A DNA stretch of 64,000 bases from Selaginella moellendorffii (GCF_000143415.4 NW_003314320.1:881231-945230); one strand, 5' to 3'. Positions 1 through 12,328 are shown, counted from the first letter of the stretch. Notes: generated by a model from the letters alone, not told the origin. A program made the numbers and translations.

Positions 1-237
1 TTATTTCCCGGGGGTCGTCACTATGCTATTGAGGAACTAGGACCGATATCACTTGGGCGCACTGCTAATTCTGAAGGATTGGACATACGTTTCGACCCTT
101 GCTTGGCACTATCCTTCCTCGACACTAAAGGCTAGAGTTTGTATCTTAATTCAACTGAATAATCTCTACTTACCATTTCTTCTGCGACCTACATGGACAA
201 TGTTAGAAATGGTAAAAGGTTAGGAATGGATGTACTA

Positions 238-3200
238 TTATTTACCTGATGGTTTGTCTTGTATGACCTTCCTCCGCTGCTCTTTGGCCACCTCAGGCTG
301 GCCATCGTCGTCATCATCGTCATCGTCGTTATTGTGATCGTCACCATTGTGAGGACCATCCAAGTCCTCTTCGTCCTCCTCTTCTTCGTCCTCCTCTTCT
401 TTGTCTTCCTCTTCGTCCTTCTGCTCTTCCTGCTCATTATCTTTCTCTGGCTCCTCATCCCCCTCTTGCATTTCTTCCATAGGCTGCTCAGGCTGGATTG
501 CTTGTTTTTCCAGGACCATCTTGGAAAAATCATCTGGCTGAGTCTCCATCTCAAAATACAAGACATCCATAGCCTGTTTTAGTGCGTGACTTAGGACCGT
601 ATCCTCACCCGACTGTCTTAACATGGTTTCTGCACGTTCTTGCACCCTTCGAAGACGACGAGATGAGAAAAACGTGGCCCTGACTTGAAAAGCATCCCTC
701 ATCCATTGTACCTCTCCATTGAGATTGGGGAAGGGGAGTCCGCCATAGGAATCTGAGTCAGAAGGTGGTGACTGGCTCCTTTCACTCAGCCCTTGATCTG
801 CAATGAATGGCATGAGCACACACGCCATAACCGCGAGGCATTACCTATCATCTTTTCGTTGCCCTTCTTCCTTTTCGAATCAAACGCCTCTGATCCCGAC
901 GACTGTCCAACGTGCTTTCGCTTTTTATGACCACTGTCAGTTTGAGCTTGGCTGGTGCTTGCCTGTTTTGCCTTTGAAGAAGTGTCTCCTGCAAGGAATG
1001 GCATGAGACCACACGTCATTGCAAATATAATTTGTACCTCCTTTTTTCCTATTGCTTGTCTGTTTGTCATTCTTCGATGCGCCACCAGTGCGCTTTTCAG
1101 TCCTCGTGTCTGAATATTCACAACGATCTATAATCAAAATGGCGTGAGGCCTCACGTGACCTTACCTTGTGCAGGTTGTGACCTCGGCCTAACATCAGTA
1201 GCTGTTAACGCCGTTTCAGCATCTGGGGGTGGCCACGCTCCTGCATACAGAGCTTGTGAGATAACATTTAAACTTAAAGTGCGTACTCACCAGGTTTGTA
1301 GAGAAGATACTGTTTTTCTTTGGCAACTATAATTATATGCTCCATTGAAGTCACCTCTTCAATGGAGTTTGTCACCGCAACACACGGGACACCCTTGAGT
1401 AGTGCGGCTCGAAAAAATAGTTCGCCGCAGTTGTACTCGACAACGCATTTGCCCTTGGAGTCACCCGCTATTGCGTTGAAGACACAGCTGAGCATTTCCC
1501 ATGCTGCACCTGGAGCTTTCTTTGGATTCGAAAGCTCCATAGCCGTCTTCAGTTCCTCAGGCACGGGTAAATTGACCTCCCTCAGATCAATTCGATCGGC
1601 TTTGTTGAACGAAGCTGGGAAGTCACTCCAATCCCACTCTGCTGCAGGACCAATAACAAGGGCGACTGTGAAGATGCGGACATTCGTCGGTATCTTCTTC
1701 TTAGCCATTATCCCATGGATCTCCCGCATCTCCTTGCCTTTCAACCGGGCCTTCACCTCGTTCAAGGCCTTCCAGAACTTGTGATAGGATTCGGAGTCGT
1801 AGATCATATAGTGGACTGAAGATTCCACCTCCGCAAGTCCCACCATTAAGTCAATAATGGAGCTGACTTCGTCTGCATGAGTGATCTCCTCGTTTGTGAA
1901 GTCCATCACACAAAAGATGTTCTTGACCTGCTCATCTCCGCGGGAAACGATGCTCCTCCACCTTTGATCCTCATCCGAATTCACGTATACCCGATAAGGT
2001 TCTCGATAGGCCTCTGCTGCGGGGTCGAGCTATTTCTAAAGCCGGCGGTCGACATCCCTCTTAATGAAATTTGGATACTGATCCAACTTCTCAGCTTTAC
2101 TTTTCGTGGCATCCCGCAGCAGATCGATGAACTTGGGGGCCCCCTTCACGTACTCGTCGATGTCTTCATTTGACAAGTCCAGCTCTTCCATCATCTCTTG
2201 CGTGGTGTCGATACTCACCCTCGCCACGGCCACTTGCTCGAAGATCCAATCCTTCAATAGCGCACGAGCTCTCAGAGTCGTGCACAAGTCCTCGTATGTC
2301 ACAATATGGCCGGGAGTCATTTTGGTCTTGTTGAAGACTACCTCACCACGTAGAAGAGCATTAGCCACTGTCAGAAGGTCGTCGTCGTCTAGAGACCGCG
2401 AGAAACGCAAGGCGTTAAGCTTCAAATCATTGGGCTTCCGGCCGTCCTCCACACCCATTGAGTTTAGCAACTCCCCGTCATGGTACCTCCTTAGCACATC
2501 TACCCATTTGTCAAAAACAACTTTTGTCGCGAGTAGAATGTTATGGATGCTGAGTGTGTCATTGACCCCCAGTGTTTTCGAGAGAAGACTCGAGAATTCC
2601 TGCAATGGAAATGGCGTGAGGCCACATGCTATGCCACATGCAACGAGGCTTACCTGCCAGGCGCTAGTTGCTAGTGCACGTCCTTGTCCTGGTTTTTGTG
2701 GCTTCTTCAGTTGAACCCAGAGCTTCCGTGTTCGTGCCAATGTCTCGTGCAGACCCGATTTGTAGCACGTTTCTTGCTTGACATTCTGTGCGTGGGAGAT
2801 GTATATGATAGATCGGAGGGGCGAGTTGCCTTTTATCAGGCGGACAACTCTTGTCTTGAAGACTTTCTTCACCTCCTCGCCCACCATAATATCCACAACT
2901 ATCTGTTGCATCGCCAAGCTAGAATGCTGCCCGGAGACGGCATAGAACCGGATATTCTGATCGTCCAACACCTTCCTATTGATCAAGTCTGGAAACCTCG
3001 TCTCGCCCTTCATTGTTCGGTAGTAGGGGATCACGTCTGCGATGTCGGGTGTTACTGGACTTGCCAGCATCTTCTGCTTCAGTTTCTCCACCCACTCATC
3101 AGATACTAGCCTGTGGTTGTATTTGCTTTGGATCTCGATACGGCTCACGTCGATTGTATATACTTTGTTGGAATAGTAACAAGTACTATTATCTGCGATG

Positions 3201-3853
3201 ATTTTTGCTACCTCTTCTTGCTCTTTCTGCTCTTTGCGGCTCTTCTTTTTGGTGGGTGTAGTGTTCGAACCCGAGGCAATGGCATCACCGAGTAGCTTCT
3301 TTTTTGGAGCAGCAGAGTCGGACGTCGGCTTGAGCTTGACCACCCTTTTCTGCTTCGGGGTAGTTTCCAGATCGACCCCCTTCCCCTTCGCTTCGCAAAC
3401 TGGAGGCACTCTCAACAGCTCAATGTTGGAATATAGTTTTTGAACATCGCCGTAGGTGAGGTCCGTGGATTCCATGTGATCTTCATAGACCCGCAGCGTC
3501 TTTGAAATTGTGGGCCTCCTGGACAACCTCTCCCTAGCTCCCTCTAGGAATTCCTCATAGCCGTTGCCCCCCTCCGGGAAGCCGCTAGGATGTGCAAGGT
3601 GGATCTTGAAGGCGGACGCTGTCTCTACCACAAGTGCCAGTCCATATTCTTGCATGGAACTGCATGGAGTGTCTGTCACTTGGATGAGGATCCCCATGCA
3701 TTCTTTTCTCCCACCATCTGTGTTGTACAGCCTCAGATCCTCGCCTTCCATCCCGAAAGTCCAACTGGTGAGCTCCTCCCCCTTCTCTGCATCCACATTG
3801 ACAGTGGCTGGAAGAAGAACGCAATTCCTCGCCTGTTCAAAAATGCACAACAA
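238..3853 (-). pseudogene. Multi-exon cargo gene of transposon copy A: ParB/Srx-like region, degenerate amino-methyltransferase-like region, basic and acidic low-complexity tail
   Basis: ORFs 2036-3853, 1274-1984, 937-1155, 786-1121 and 238-828 join in frame through GT-AG introns at 2600-2653, ~1241-1290, 1110-1165, 989-1037 and 798-844 (the last four are phase 1). Two TAG stops at 2030-2038 are CAG in copy B. Domain calls rest on motif resemblance only (SGQHS; VVEYNCG...AALLKG). Confidence 0.7.
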
Positions 3854-6800
3854 TTAGAGCTGATAGATGAAAAGCTAGCAGCTGGAAATAACGTGAGGCC
3901 ACACGCCATTCACCACTGCATCAGATGTCTTGAGGCTGCATCCTAAAATGGCGTGAGGCTACACGCCATCTGTAACCGGACTGCACTCGAGAGCCCAATC
4001 GGTGCATGCCAATGTTGCTACTGAATGGCATGTGGCCTCATGCCATTTTCTACTTGGTCTAAAAGACTTACCATTTGAAGCCGAATGGAGGCCGTGACAA
4101 TCGAGGCCGGACTCGCTGGCGAATGTGCACTGTGTGTGCAGCGGATCGTAGCAGCAAGGCTACTCTGCCACTTACAGTTGGAGAGTGGTGCTGAAATCTC
4201 CCGGGACGCCAAGTGGGCTGCGTGTGGGTGGTGGAGTGGGCGGCGGAGTTGGCGGCGAAGTTACAAACTGGGTGTGTCTTGAAGTGGACGCCGATGCACA
4301 CGAGCGCGATGCGAGCGCGAGTGTGATGCAAGCGCGAGTGGACGCCGATGCACACGAGAAACCTGTAGAGAAGTGAGCGTGATCGCGAGTGGGAGCGCGA
4401 TGCGAGCGGGAGCGCGAGTGTGATGCGAGCGCGAGCGCGAGTGTGCGAGCGCGAGTACAAAGCAAAATGCAAAACCTAATCTCACACGCGCGAAATGTCA
4501 CAACGGTTGGTAATCCCGCCACGTCATCATTCCTCGGACTTGGGCGCCACCATTAATTTCTGGATTGCCGCGCGCATGCAAGCACGCAAAATCCAAAAGA
4601 AATCCGCAACGTCATCATTCCTCGGACTGCATGCACGCGAAATCCAAAAGAAAGATCATGATTGGGATATCATTTAATACCCTCGCTATATTTATACCAT
4701 GCATGATTGGATATTCCAAAGCATCTTGTATTTCCAAAAATGGCAGATGTTCAGCTAAATAAAGAAATTCTATCTGTTTCTATTTTTCTCTCAAATCAAT
4801 ATTATAGCGTGTAGGCTCATGCAATTTTGAACCAAAGAAACCCAAAAAACGTTGGACCCAAAATATTTTGAAAAAACCCAAAAAACCCTAAACATTTTAA
4901 ACCCAAAAATCCAGGCGTCCTGTGGCGTTATTCCTTCAATGGCGTGTGGGCGCATGCCATTTTCAGGGCCAAATGCTGAATGGAGAAAAATTCCCTTTCA
5001 GTGCAAATGCTGCAAGAGGCAGATGCCGAGCACAAAGGACTGTAACTACCTTACATGACACAGATAAACTTTTCTCTATTTGGCAAAGATAAACTTTATA
5101 GCGTGTGGGCTCATGCAATTTTGAACCCAAAAAATGCACCAAAAAATTCTCGGCGTCATCTGGCATTATCTCTTGAATGGCGTGGGGCCGCATGCCATTT
5201 TCAGGGGCACATAGGAGTATATTCCTAGGATATTCTGACACGCGTGAGATTTTTTTGAGTTTTCTGAAGATCCAACCGTTAGATCGCAACTAGATTTTAC
5301 AAAATGGTATACAATGTCTTTCTTGATGACCCTGCAAAGAAGCATCTTGATCGGACACCACATGAGACCACACGAGCCTTACAATGTTTCAGGGGCATTT
5401 GCCATAGATCCGACCGTTATTTTGCTCCAAGATTTTACAGTTTGGTGTGCATTGACCTTTCCATCGAAACTGCAAAGGGACATCACAATCAGATGCGGGA
5501 TCACAAGAAACTAACTTCACAACCTCTGGTTTCACCAAGATCTACGTAAGGAGTTATGAAATGAAAGGACCCTCTCTATTGAAATGTGTTTATTGTCCTA
5601 GGGGCATTGTGACATATCAAAGGATTTTGCATCAAGTTTTGTATTTGCATGTTTATCAAGCTACTGAATTGCTAAACCCTAAACCCTAAACATGTGGCAA
5701 ATGCTGCGTGAAGAAAGATGCCCTTTCTAGGCAAATGCTGTAAGAGGCAGATGCCGAGCAGATGTATCTCAGGCTAGCGAAGGGGACAAACGAAAGCTAG
5801 CTATAAACATGACGGGATGCAAATAGATTACTAGGCTGGTCCTACGAAAATCAAAAACCATAATTGAAAACATTGAAAATGCAAAAAAAAAGGTTTATAA
5901 TATTTTTGAATTTTAGGCAACCAAAGGAATGTAAGTAGGGCATGTGTTTGTAAGTTTAAAAATGCCTCAACCACTTAAATTCCCAAGTAAATAAAGCTGT
6001 TTCTATTTTTGGTACAGGTAAACTTTATAGCGTGTGGGCTCATGCAATTTTGAACCCAAAAATGCACCAAAAAATGCTCGACTAGCATTATTCTTTGAAT
6101 GGCATATGGCCTTATGTCGAGCATTATTCTTTGAATGGCGTGTGGCCTTATATTGCCATAAATGGACGTACACACACAGCATAATTATTCCTTTACACGG
6201 CGAATAATCTTCGCGCGGATCGCTGACATGGCATGGCAAAGTTCGAATCACTGACATGGCACAGCTGGATCGAGGCAAGGACATGATGTGACAAAGTTCA
6301 ACCTCCGACAGCAAAGTCTAGAAGCTACTCAGTTTGAAATTTGTCAGAGGAATCATAAGATCTGGTTTGTCAGAGGATTTGATGTGACGTTCAAGCGTGT
6401 GTTATTTTTGAATTCTCGAACTCATTCCTAGGTCTATCATTTTTGTGCGCCGTGTTCTTGGTTCCGCTGAGCGCAGTGAGCGCTGCTTGTGTAAGCGGCG
6501 TTGTGGGCTGTGGTTTATGCGTCTACGAGCGGTTGCCGCATTGCGAGCGCCATTGCGAGCGGCAGTTTATGCGAGTGGCAGTTTGTGCAAGCGGCGCTAC
6601 GAGCAGTTGCGGTGTTGCGAGCGGCGCTATGAGTAGTTGCGGTGTTGCGAGCGGCACTGTCTTTGGTGTGGCTACCGCTTCCTCTTGATATTCGGCACTT
6701 GTGCTTCCTGGTATGTTCACCATGGAATGGCTTAGGACCACATTTAGAAATGGCATGAGGCCACATGCCATCTTGGGCCCTTGCAATTTCATGGCTAGCG

Positions 6801-7021
6801 TATTGTCATGTATGTTTTTACTTGCCTGCAGCTGTGTGTATATCAAGATGGCATGAGGCCTCATGCCAATTTTGTGAATGCGAAATTTCACGTGGGTGTC
6901 AATAGCATGTTTGAATAATGGCATGTGGCCTCATGCTATTGAGGTTGTTTGGTATGTTATGATTTAGGCCATTCTCCAATCATTTTTTGTATGGTCTTAA
7001 CTTCTTTTCTGCACTTTCAGA

Positions 7022-10000
7022 ATGGCCTTCAGGGTTGGGGAAAAGGTTTACATTTTGAATGGTGGGAAGAGAGTTGCAAAAGGGACCCTTGTGTCTATGG
7101 ATCGGAACTTTGTTATACACTGTTAAAGGCTTGGGGAAGGCAATGCTGCTGTATCAGTAGAGACTGTCTTCGATGGGAATGTGGTCGCTATTGAACGAGG
7201 AGAGATGGTCGTCGGGGTAAATGTTGTTGTTGCCTTGAAAAATCTTCAGAAGAAAGCAGATGTTGGGGACAGCGCAAGTGCGACGCATGTTCCCTCCGTG
7301 GATTTTAAGAACCGTGCTACATGGATTCAGGCAAAAGTGTTTCTAAACAACCCCGAGGGGGAGGTGGTAGCTGAGGGCTTAGCCACAGTTGTCGATCCAA
7401 GAGATGCGGTTGCTAATCAAGAATTGGGCTGGGATGATATTGGAGTTGCGATTTTAGAGGTTGTTGACACAGAAGAAAACAGTCTGACTATTGGAAGCAT
7501 TGTGCGGTGGAAATTGAGGCACTTAGTGTTTGAGAATGTGAAGGATTCACAATCAAACACCACTACAACTGATGACAAAACATCTCTTCATGGGAAAAGA
7601 AAGTACACCTTCCTAAAGCGCAGCCAAAGGGATCTGAGCAACGAACCGAAAAGGCAGAAAATGGCGATGGAGGTTCAAATGGTCTCGACAGTTGCTTGTT
7701 GCAAGAGGAGGTGCTGTCAACATGCTGATTGGGATGCTATTGAAGAGGAGAGAGCAAGATACAAGACATTGTCCTGGAAGGCAGCTCGCAATTTTGTGTA
7801 TGAGGCATTACGGTCATCTGTTGATGCTTCAGAACATTAGGTGGGGGGCATGGTCTTCCAGAGGGGTTTGGTCTGCATGAAGGCATGGAGAATCATTTAT
7901 GGAGTCCCTCAAACCACATTCTACAGAATCAAAACTGAGTTCGAGGAACAAAGGGTTCAACAGGCAGTCCATGGGAACGACGGTACGCACAAAACCAGGG
8001 GTCATGTTGTATATGGAGAGGCAATCTTCAAGAGGTTTGTCGAGACATGTAGCGAGCAGCAACCACATAAAACCCGCCTCTTGGAAGATGGAACACGAGA
8101 CACCCAACGAGTTCTCCCTTCCATGTATACCAAGGGGGCCATATTGGAAGATGTGAATCGGGAACTCCAGAGTAATGGCTACAGGAAGCTGAGCCAATCT
8201 AGATTTAGTAGATTGTGGAGCAACAGGTTCAGGGATGTGAGTATAGGAAAGTACTCCAGCTTTTCAAAGTGTGACGAGTGCACTGCTATCAAAATGGCTT
8301 TGTCGAAGAATTCTTGCAGCGCTCAAGAGCGAGAGACGTTGATTAGAAGGCGGCTCGACCACAACATCGAGCAGAGAAGCTGCAGGACTGCATATTATCA
8401 TAACAGGATTCTCTCCATGGAGAGACCTGACTCTTACCTCTGCATCATCCACGACAAAATGGACTAGAAAAAGACGTGCTTACCTCGACTCAATCCTGCC
8501 CCTAAGGCAATCTCTTCATCCATACAGCTGCCTGTGTCTCTGTTTGGCATAATTGCTCATGGGCATGGTGCCCAGAACTATGGGAACTTCTTTGTACCTC
8601 TATGGGGTGGCGGGGGTGCAAACATGATGATTGCGTCCCTAGCAAAACACTTAAGGTCTCTGCAAAGTGCGCAGACTGAGCTGAACGGCCAACCCTTGCA
8701 TAAGGCCCTTGTCGATCGAACCCCATACAAGGTTCAGCTGGAGGAGGAGCAAAGGCTTGCAGTATCGCGTGGGGCCCCATGCCATCCCAGTGAATATGTT
8801 GGCCGTCAGATTGTAGGGTTATCACGTGAGGTCTCATGCCATTCCGACGAGGCTGGTCGCCCGGTGAATGCACAGCCTCATCTAAACGAAGCAGAATCTC
8901 AAGGAAGTTCTTGCGGCCGATATGGCCTTCCACCCCATCTTCTGCTCCAAACAGACAATGCTGGCAGTGAGAACAAAAACATGTACGTCTTCGCGTACTT
9001 GGCGATGCTTGTTGCCAAAGGCATATTTGAAACGGTTACACTTGGCTTTCTCATGGTTGGGCACACTCATGAAGACGTCGATGCCATGTTCAGTCACCTG
9101 GCAGAGTCCCTCCGGCGATCCAATGTCCTCACCCTCCCACAACTCTACGATGAATTCCAAAATTGCATCAAAGGCACTGTTGAAGCTGCACTTCTGACAG
9201 AGGTTCCAGACTTTAAGGGGTTTGTAAGAGGCTACATCAGGGATGGATCCGAAACGCTGATTGGCCACTCCAAGCCTCTTCAGTTTCATTTCAGCATGTG
9301 TGACGGTGCTCCAGTGATGAGGTACAAGATGAGAGAATGGGACATAGTGTGGCTGCCAGTGGACGGCATTGAACTCTTCAAGAGAGATCCCATAACTGGG
9401 GAACCTATGATTCCTCAGGGTTCCCCACGGCCGATGCACCTGGATGGACTCAAAGACCAGGAAAGTATAGTGGCCGGGATTAGACAGCATATTGCCTTCT
9501 AGAAGAGGGGGCTGGTGTTTGGTGGAGAATCCTATTTTCAGAGGTGCAAGCCTTTGCTCGAATACTGGGAGAAGATTATATCTGCTATCCAAAATGGGCC
9601 GGTTGTATATGAAGAATTGGAAGAGTCCTTTTGGCCAGAACCCAGAGCACCAGATAGTAGCGGAACAATGTCCTCTGGAAATGCAGTGACAGATAACGAT
9701 GTTGAGGATCACTATTGTGGGCCGAGGAACAAGAAGCCGGATTCAGCATTCAATCCAGTACAGGTCTGCAAAGGAATGGTCGTGCTTGTCAGACCCAGTA
9801 ATAAAAAACAAATGATATGGGTGGGGCGCTGCATCACTGATGCAGAGGAGGACGCGGAAACTAACTCCTTCAATGTAACTGTGGAGTGGTTCAAACCAAG
9901 TTCCAGATATACGAACGATTGCCTAGAAAAGAGATGGGTGCTGAATCCAAGGGATCCCAGCATGAGCATATCGGTGGATAATGTTGTGCATGGTTGGATG

Positions 10001-10090
10001 CGGAAGCAGAGTGCCACCATCACTTTGCCAGACCATGCAAGAGATGCAACAAGAGCATTCATAACCCGGGTTCAAGGTGAGATTCATTAA
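7022..10090 (+). pseudogene. Sola-type DDD transposase (DUF7869-like core), 1022 codons with 4 in-frame stops
   Basis: Motifs CCKRRCC, VCMKAWRIIYG, HGN, FSKCDEC, IIHDKMD, QTDNAGSENKN and FLMVGHTHEDVD. Stops at 7124, 7838, 8465 and 9500 are sense codons in copy B. Confidence 0.85.
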
Positions 10091-10801
10091 TATTCCTTTA
10101 CTAAGTTTCTAATGTATTTTATTTCAAGGTGAACAATCCGAATCTGAATCAGAGGAGGCGTGATGGCATGTGGCCTTACGCCATTCCTAGGTGAGATGAT
10201 ACAAATAACAAGTATAAATTCTTAGTTGTTCTAGCAAATCTTACTTAAAGTTCAAGGTGAACAAGCCGAATATGAATTCATCGGATTGTTATAACAAATT
10301 GCGAGGTGATGGCATGAGGCGATACGCCATTTGAGAGTGGTAGCCATTCCTATATGAGGTGAGTGAAGTATTTATTAGAAATACCTCATTCAATTGTGCA
10401 CTTCTAAGTCTTGGTCCACTTAGTACTGTTTGCATGTTTTTATTTTAATTCTTTCTCTAAAATGTTATTTAGCATGTGGCTTCATGCCATTGCTCTCCAC
10501 AATCATGCATTGAATTTCTATCCTTGCATAATACTTCTCCATATATATAGCATGTGCGCACATGTGATATGGTTCATTAGGCCTGATATAGTGTGTGAGG
10601 TAAAACAAAGATGATGTGACATATGCATTTACCAATCACACGTGCATAAATCTAATAATATGGCGTGTGGCCCATATTAATGGCACATAAACCCATATTG
10701 TGGGCTTACGTGCTTTATGTACCATCATTCCCTTGCAGCGTGTGTGTTGGTTTCCTTTTATAACACAACGAACTCCATATTTTAGGGTGAAGAGCGTTCT
10801 C

Positions 10802-11059
10802 ATGGCAAGCACAAAATCTGTAAGTGAGGCAGAAAAGGAGACGGAGAAGGAGATAGGTGAAGATGTAGAATATATAAGTCTTCCAAACTCCCCATACTAT
10901 ACTCCAGGTGATCATTTTTCTGAACAAACGGCAACATTAACAACTATCGAGAACGCCCCAGTAACGTCAGAGACAACAATCCAAAGCAAAACAACTAACC
11001 CGGAGAAGGATGATAGTACCGCTGAGAGTACCAAAAAGGAGGTGTCCACTAGCGCTTAG
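10802..11059 (+). CDS. Small acidic Ser/Thr-rich ORF (85 aa) near the right end of the transposon; unknown function
   Basis: ATG at 10802 with TTTTATAA about 45 nt upstream. Open in both copies (36333-36590). Confidence 0.35.
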   Translation: MASTKSVSEAEKETEKEIGEDVEYISLPNSPYYTPGDHFSEQTATLTTIENAPVTSETTIQSKTTNPEKDDSTAESTKKEVSTSA

Positions 11060-11719
11060 GCTTATAATGGCGTGTGCCCTCATGCCATTTACTTGATCAC
11101 CAAATACCTTTTTCCCTTTGCACTAGTATATCTTAATACCGGTCTGAGAAATAGAATGGCATGTGCCCTCAGGCCTTTTACTAAATCACCTTTGAAAGAA
11201 ATGCAAGCCTCTATGTCGTAAAAAAAAGGTACTAGAGAAATTCCTTAATAATATGAATGTTATTTAGTTTCATGAAAATACACTAAGGGTCAAATGAGTT
11301 AAATGACTTCTCCAGACTAGCAATGCCTCTTGCTACACCTTCACAATTAGATTCGTTAGAAAAAGATAACATTGAATAATATCTAAATGTTCTCACCATT
11401 AAGTTATATGTTTGGCTAATAGGAATGATGTTCATCTTGGAAAGCTCACCACACGCTCAATGAACAAACAAATAGTGTGTGCGCGCATGCCATCGCTCTT
11501 CTTTAGCTTCAGATTCGGCTTGTTCACCTTGACAATGAGATTTATTATACAACTAGATGGACTCAGTCTGGACATAAGGTCACCGCGCTAGTCACCATGC
11601 CCCAGATATGTCTAGCCCCTGGACAAAAAACATATAATTTCACGTCATTTTCAAATACTTGAAAATTTGTACCTAGTCCCATTTTACTGAATAAATCCCA
11701 CTTTAATGAAATAGAGCAT

Positions 11720-12328
11720 TTTGGGACAATATTTTGGAACACCATGGCCTTACGCGAGCCACCTGGGTACTCTCCCCGCCTTCCGCCCTTGGGTGCTCTA
11801 GCCATGGGCTTAGAGCGAGGTTCCGTTGAGCCACGCCTGATATCCAAGTAGGTAGTGCCACCCACACTTGGACTGGGAGCATTGGCCAGTCGATCTCCCA
11901 GGGGAACTAGAGCCGGCTCTTGAACACTTCACCAAGCTACCCCGGTTGTCGGTCCGTGTTCACTCTAGTCTTGGACTTCCCAATGGTCAGCTCATAACCC
12001 AACACTGGGTCTGGCCTTCCTGGGCCAAACTGGCCTTTCCTGGCCAAACTGGCTCCACTGGGCTCCAACCCCCACACTCTCCCTACTATACTTTTGGAAC
12101 CCCCCGCAGCCCCTCCGCCCCCCTGGGGGACGATCGCTTTGGGCTTTCACCCAACTGCCTGTATTAGTATTCGGACTCGGACTCGGGCTCGAACTCGGAC
12201 TCAGACTTGGTCTTGGTCCCGGTTTCAGACTCGGACTCGGACTTGGTCTCGGTCTCGGCCTCGGTCTCGGTTCCATCTCGCACTCCATCTCGGGTCCATC
12301 TTGGACTCCATCTCGGACTCCATCTCGG
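11720..12328 (-). mobile_element. Family C 3' LTR, fragment between transposon copy A and the family A insertion
   Basis: Matches 42357-42596 of the family C 5' LTR and continues at 37670-38254. Confidence 0.85.

Larger units (their letters stand above)
807..11493. repeat. Dispersed 22-bp palindrome ATGGCRTGWGGCCWCAYGCCAT, more than 25 copies in transposon copy A
   Basis: Examples start at 807, 998, 1139, 2611, 3888, 3948, 4025, 4939, 5177, 6750, 6848, 6918, 8764, 8821, 10163, 10309, 11067, 11156 and 11472. Confidence 0.93.
24..11719 (+). mobile_element. Large Sola-like (DDD transposase) DNA transposon, copy A; left end not in the window
   Basis: Colinear with 27172-37250 of copy B. Ends in TCCCACTTTAATGAAATAGAGCAT, a 2-mismatch version of the copy B right TIR. 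Family C LTR sequence (TTTGGGACAA..., cf. 42357 onward) resumes immediately afterwards. Confidence 0.88.

Noticed and set aside
1-23. Non-homologous first 23 bp (...GGGGGTCGTCA) considered as the end of another insertion in copy A
   Set aside because: Too little sequence to tell an LTR end from a deletion or divergence; upstream sequence is needed.
8882-10062. Antisense ORFs over the transposase and pol genes
   Set aside because: Shadow frames of real coding sequence, with no recognisable motifs.
807-11493. Palindromes considered as independent MITE or introner insertions
   Set aside because: Only 22 bp long, no TSDs seen, intron sequence outside the motif is not shared, and the copies appear confined to one transposon family.
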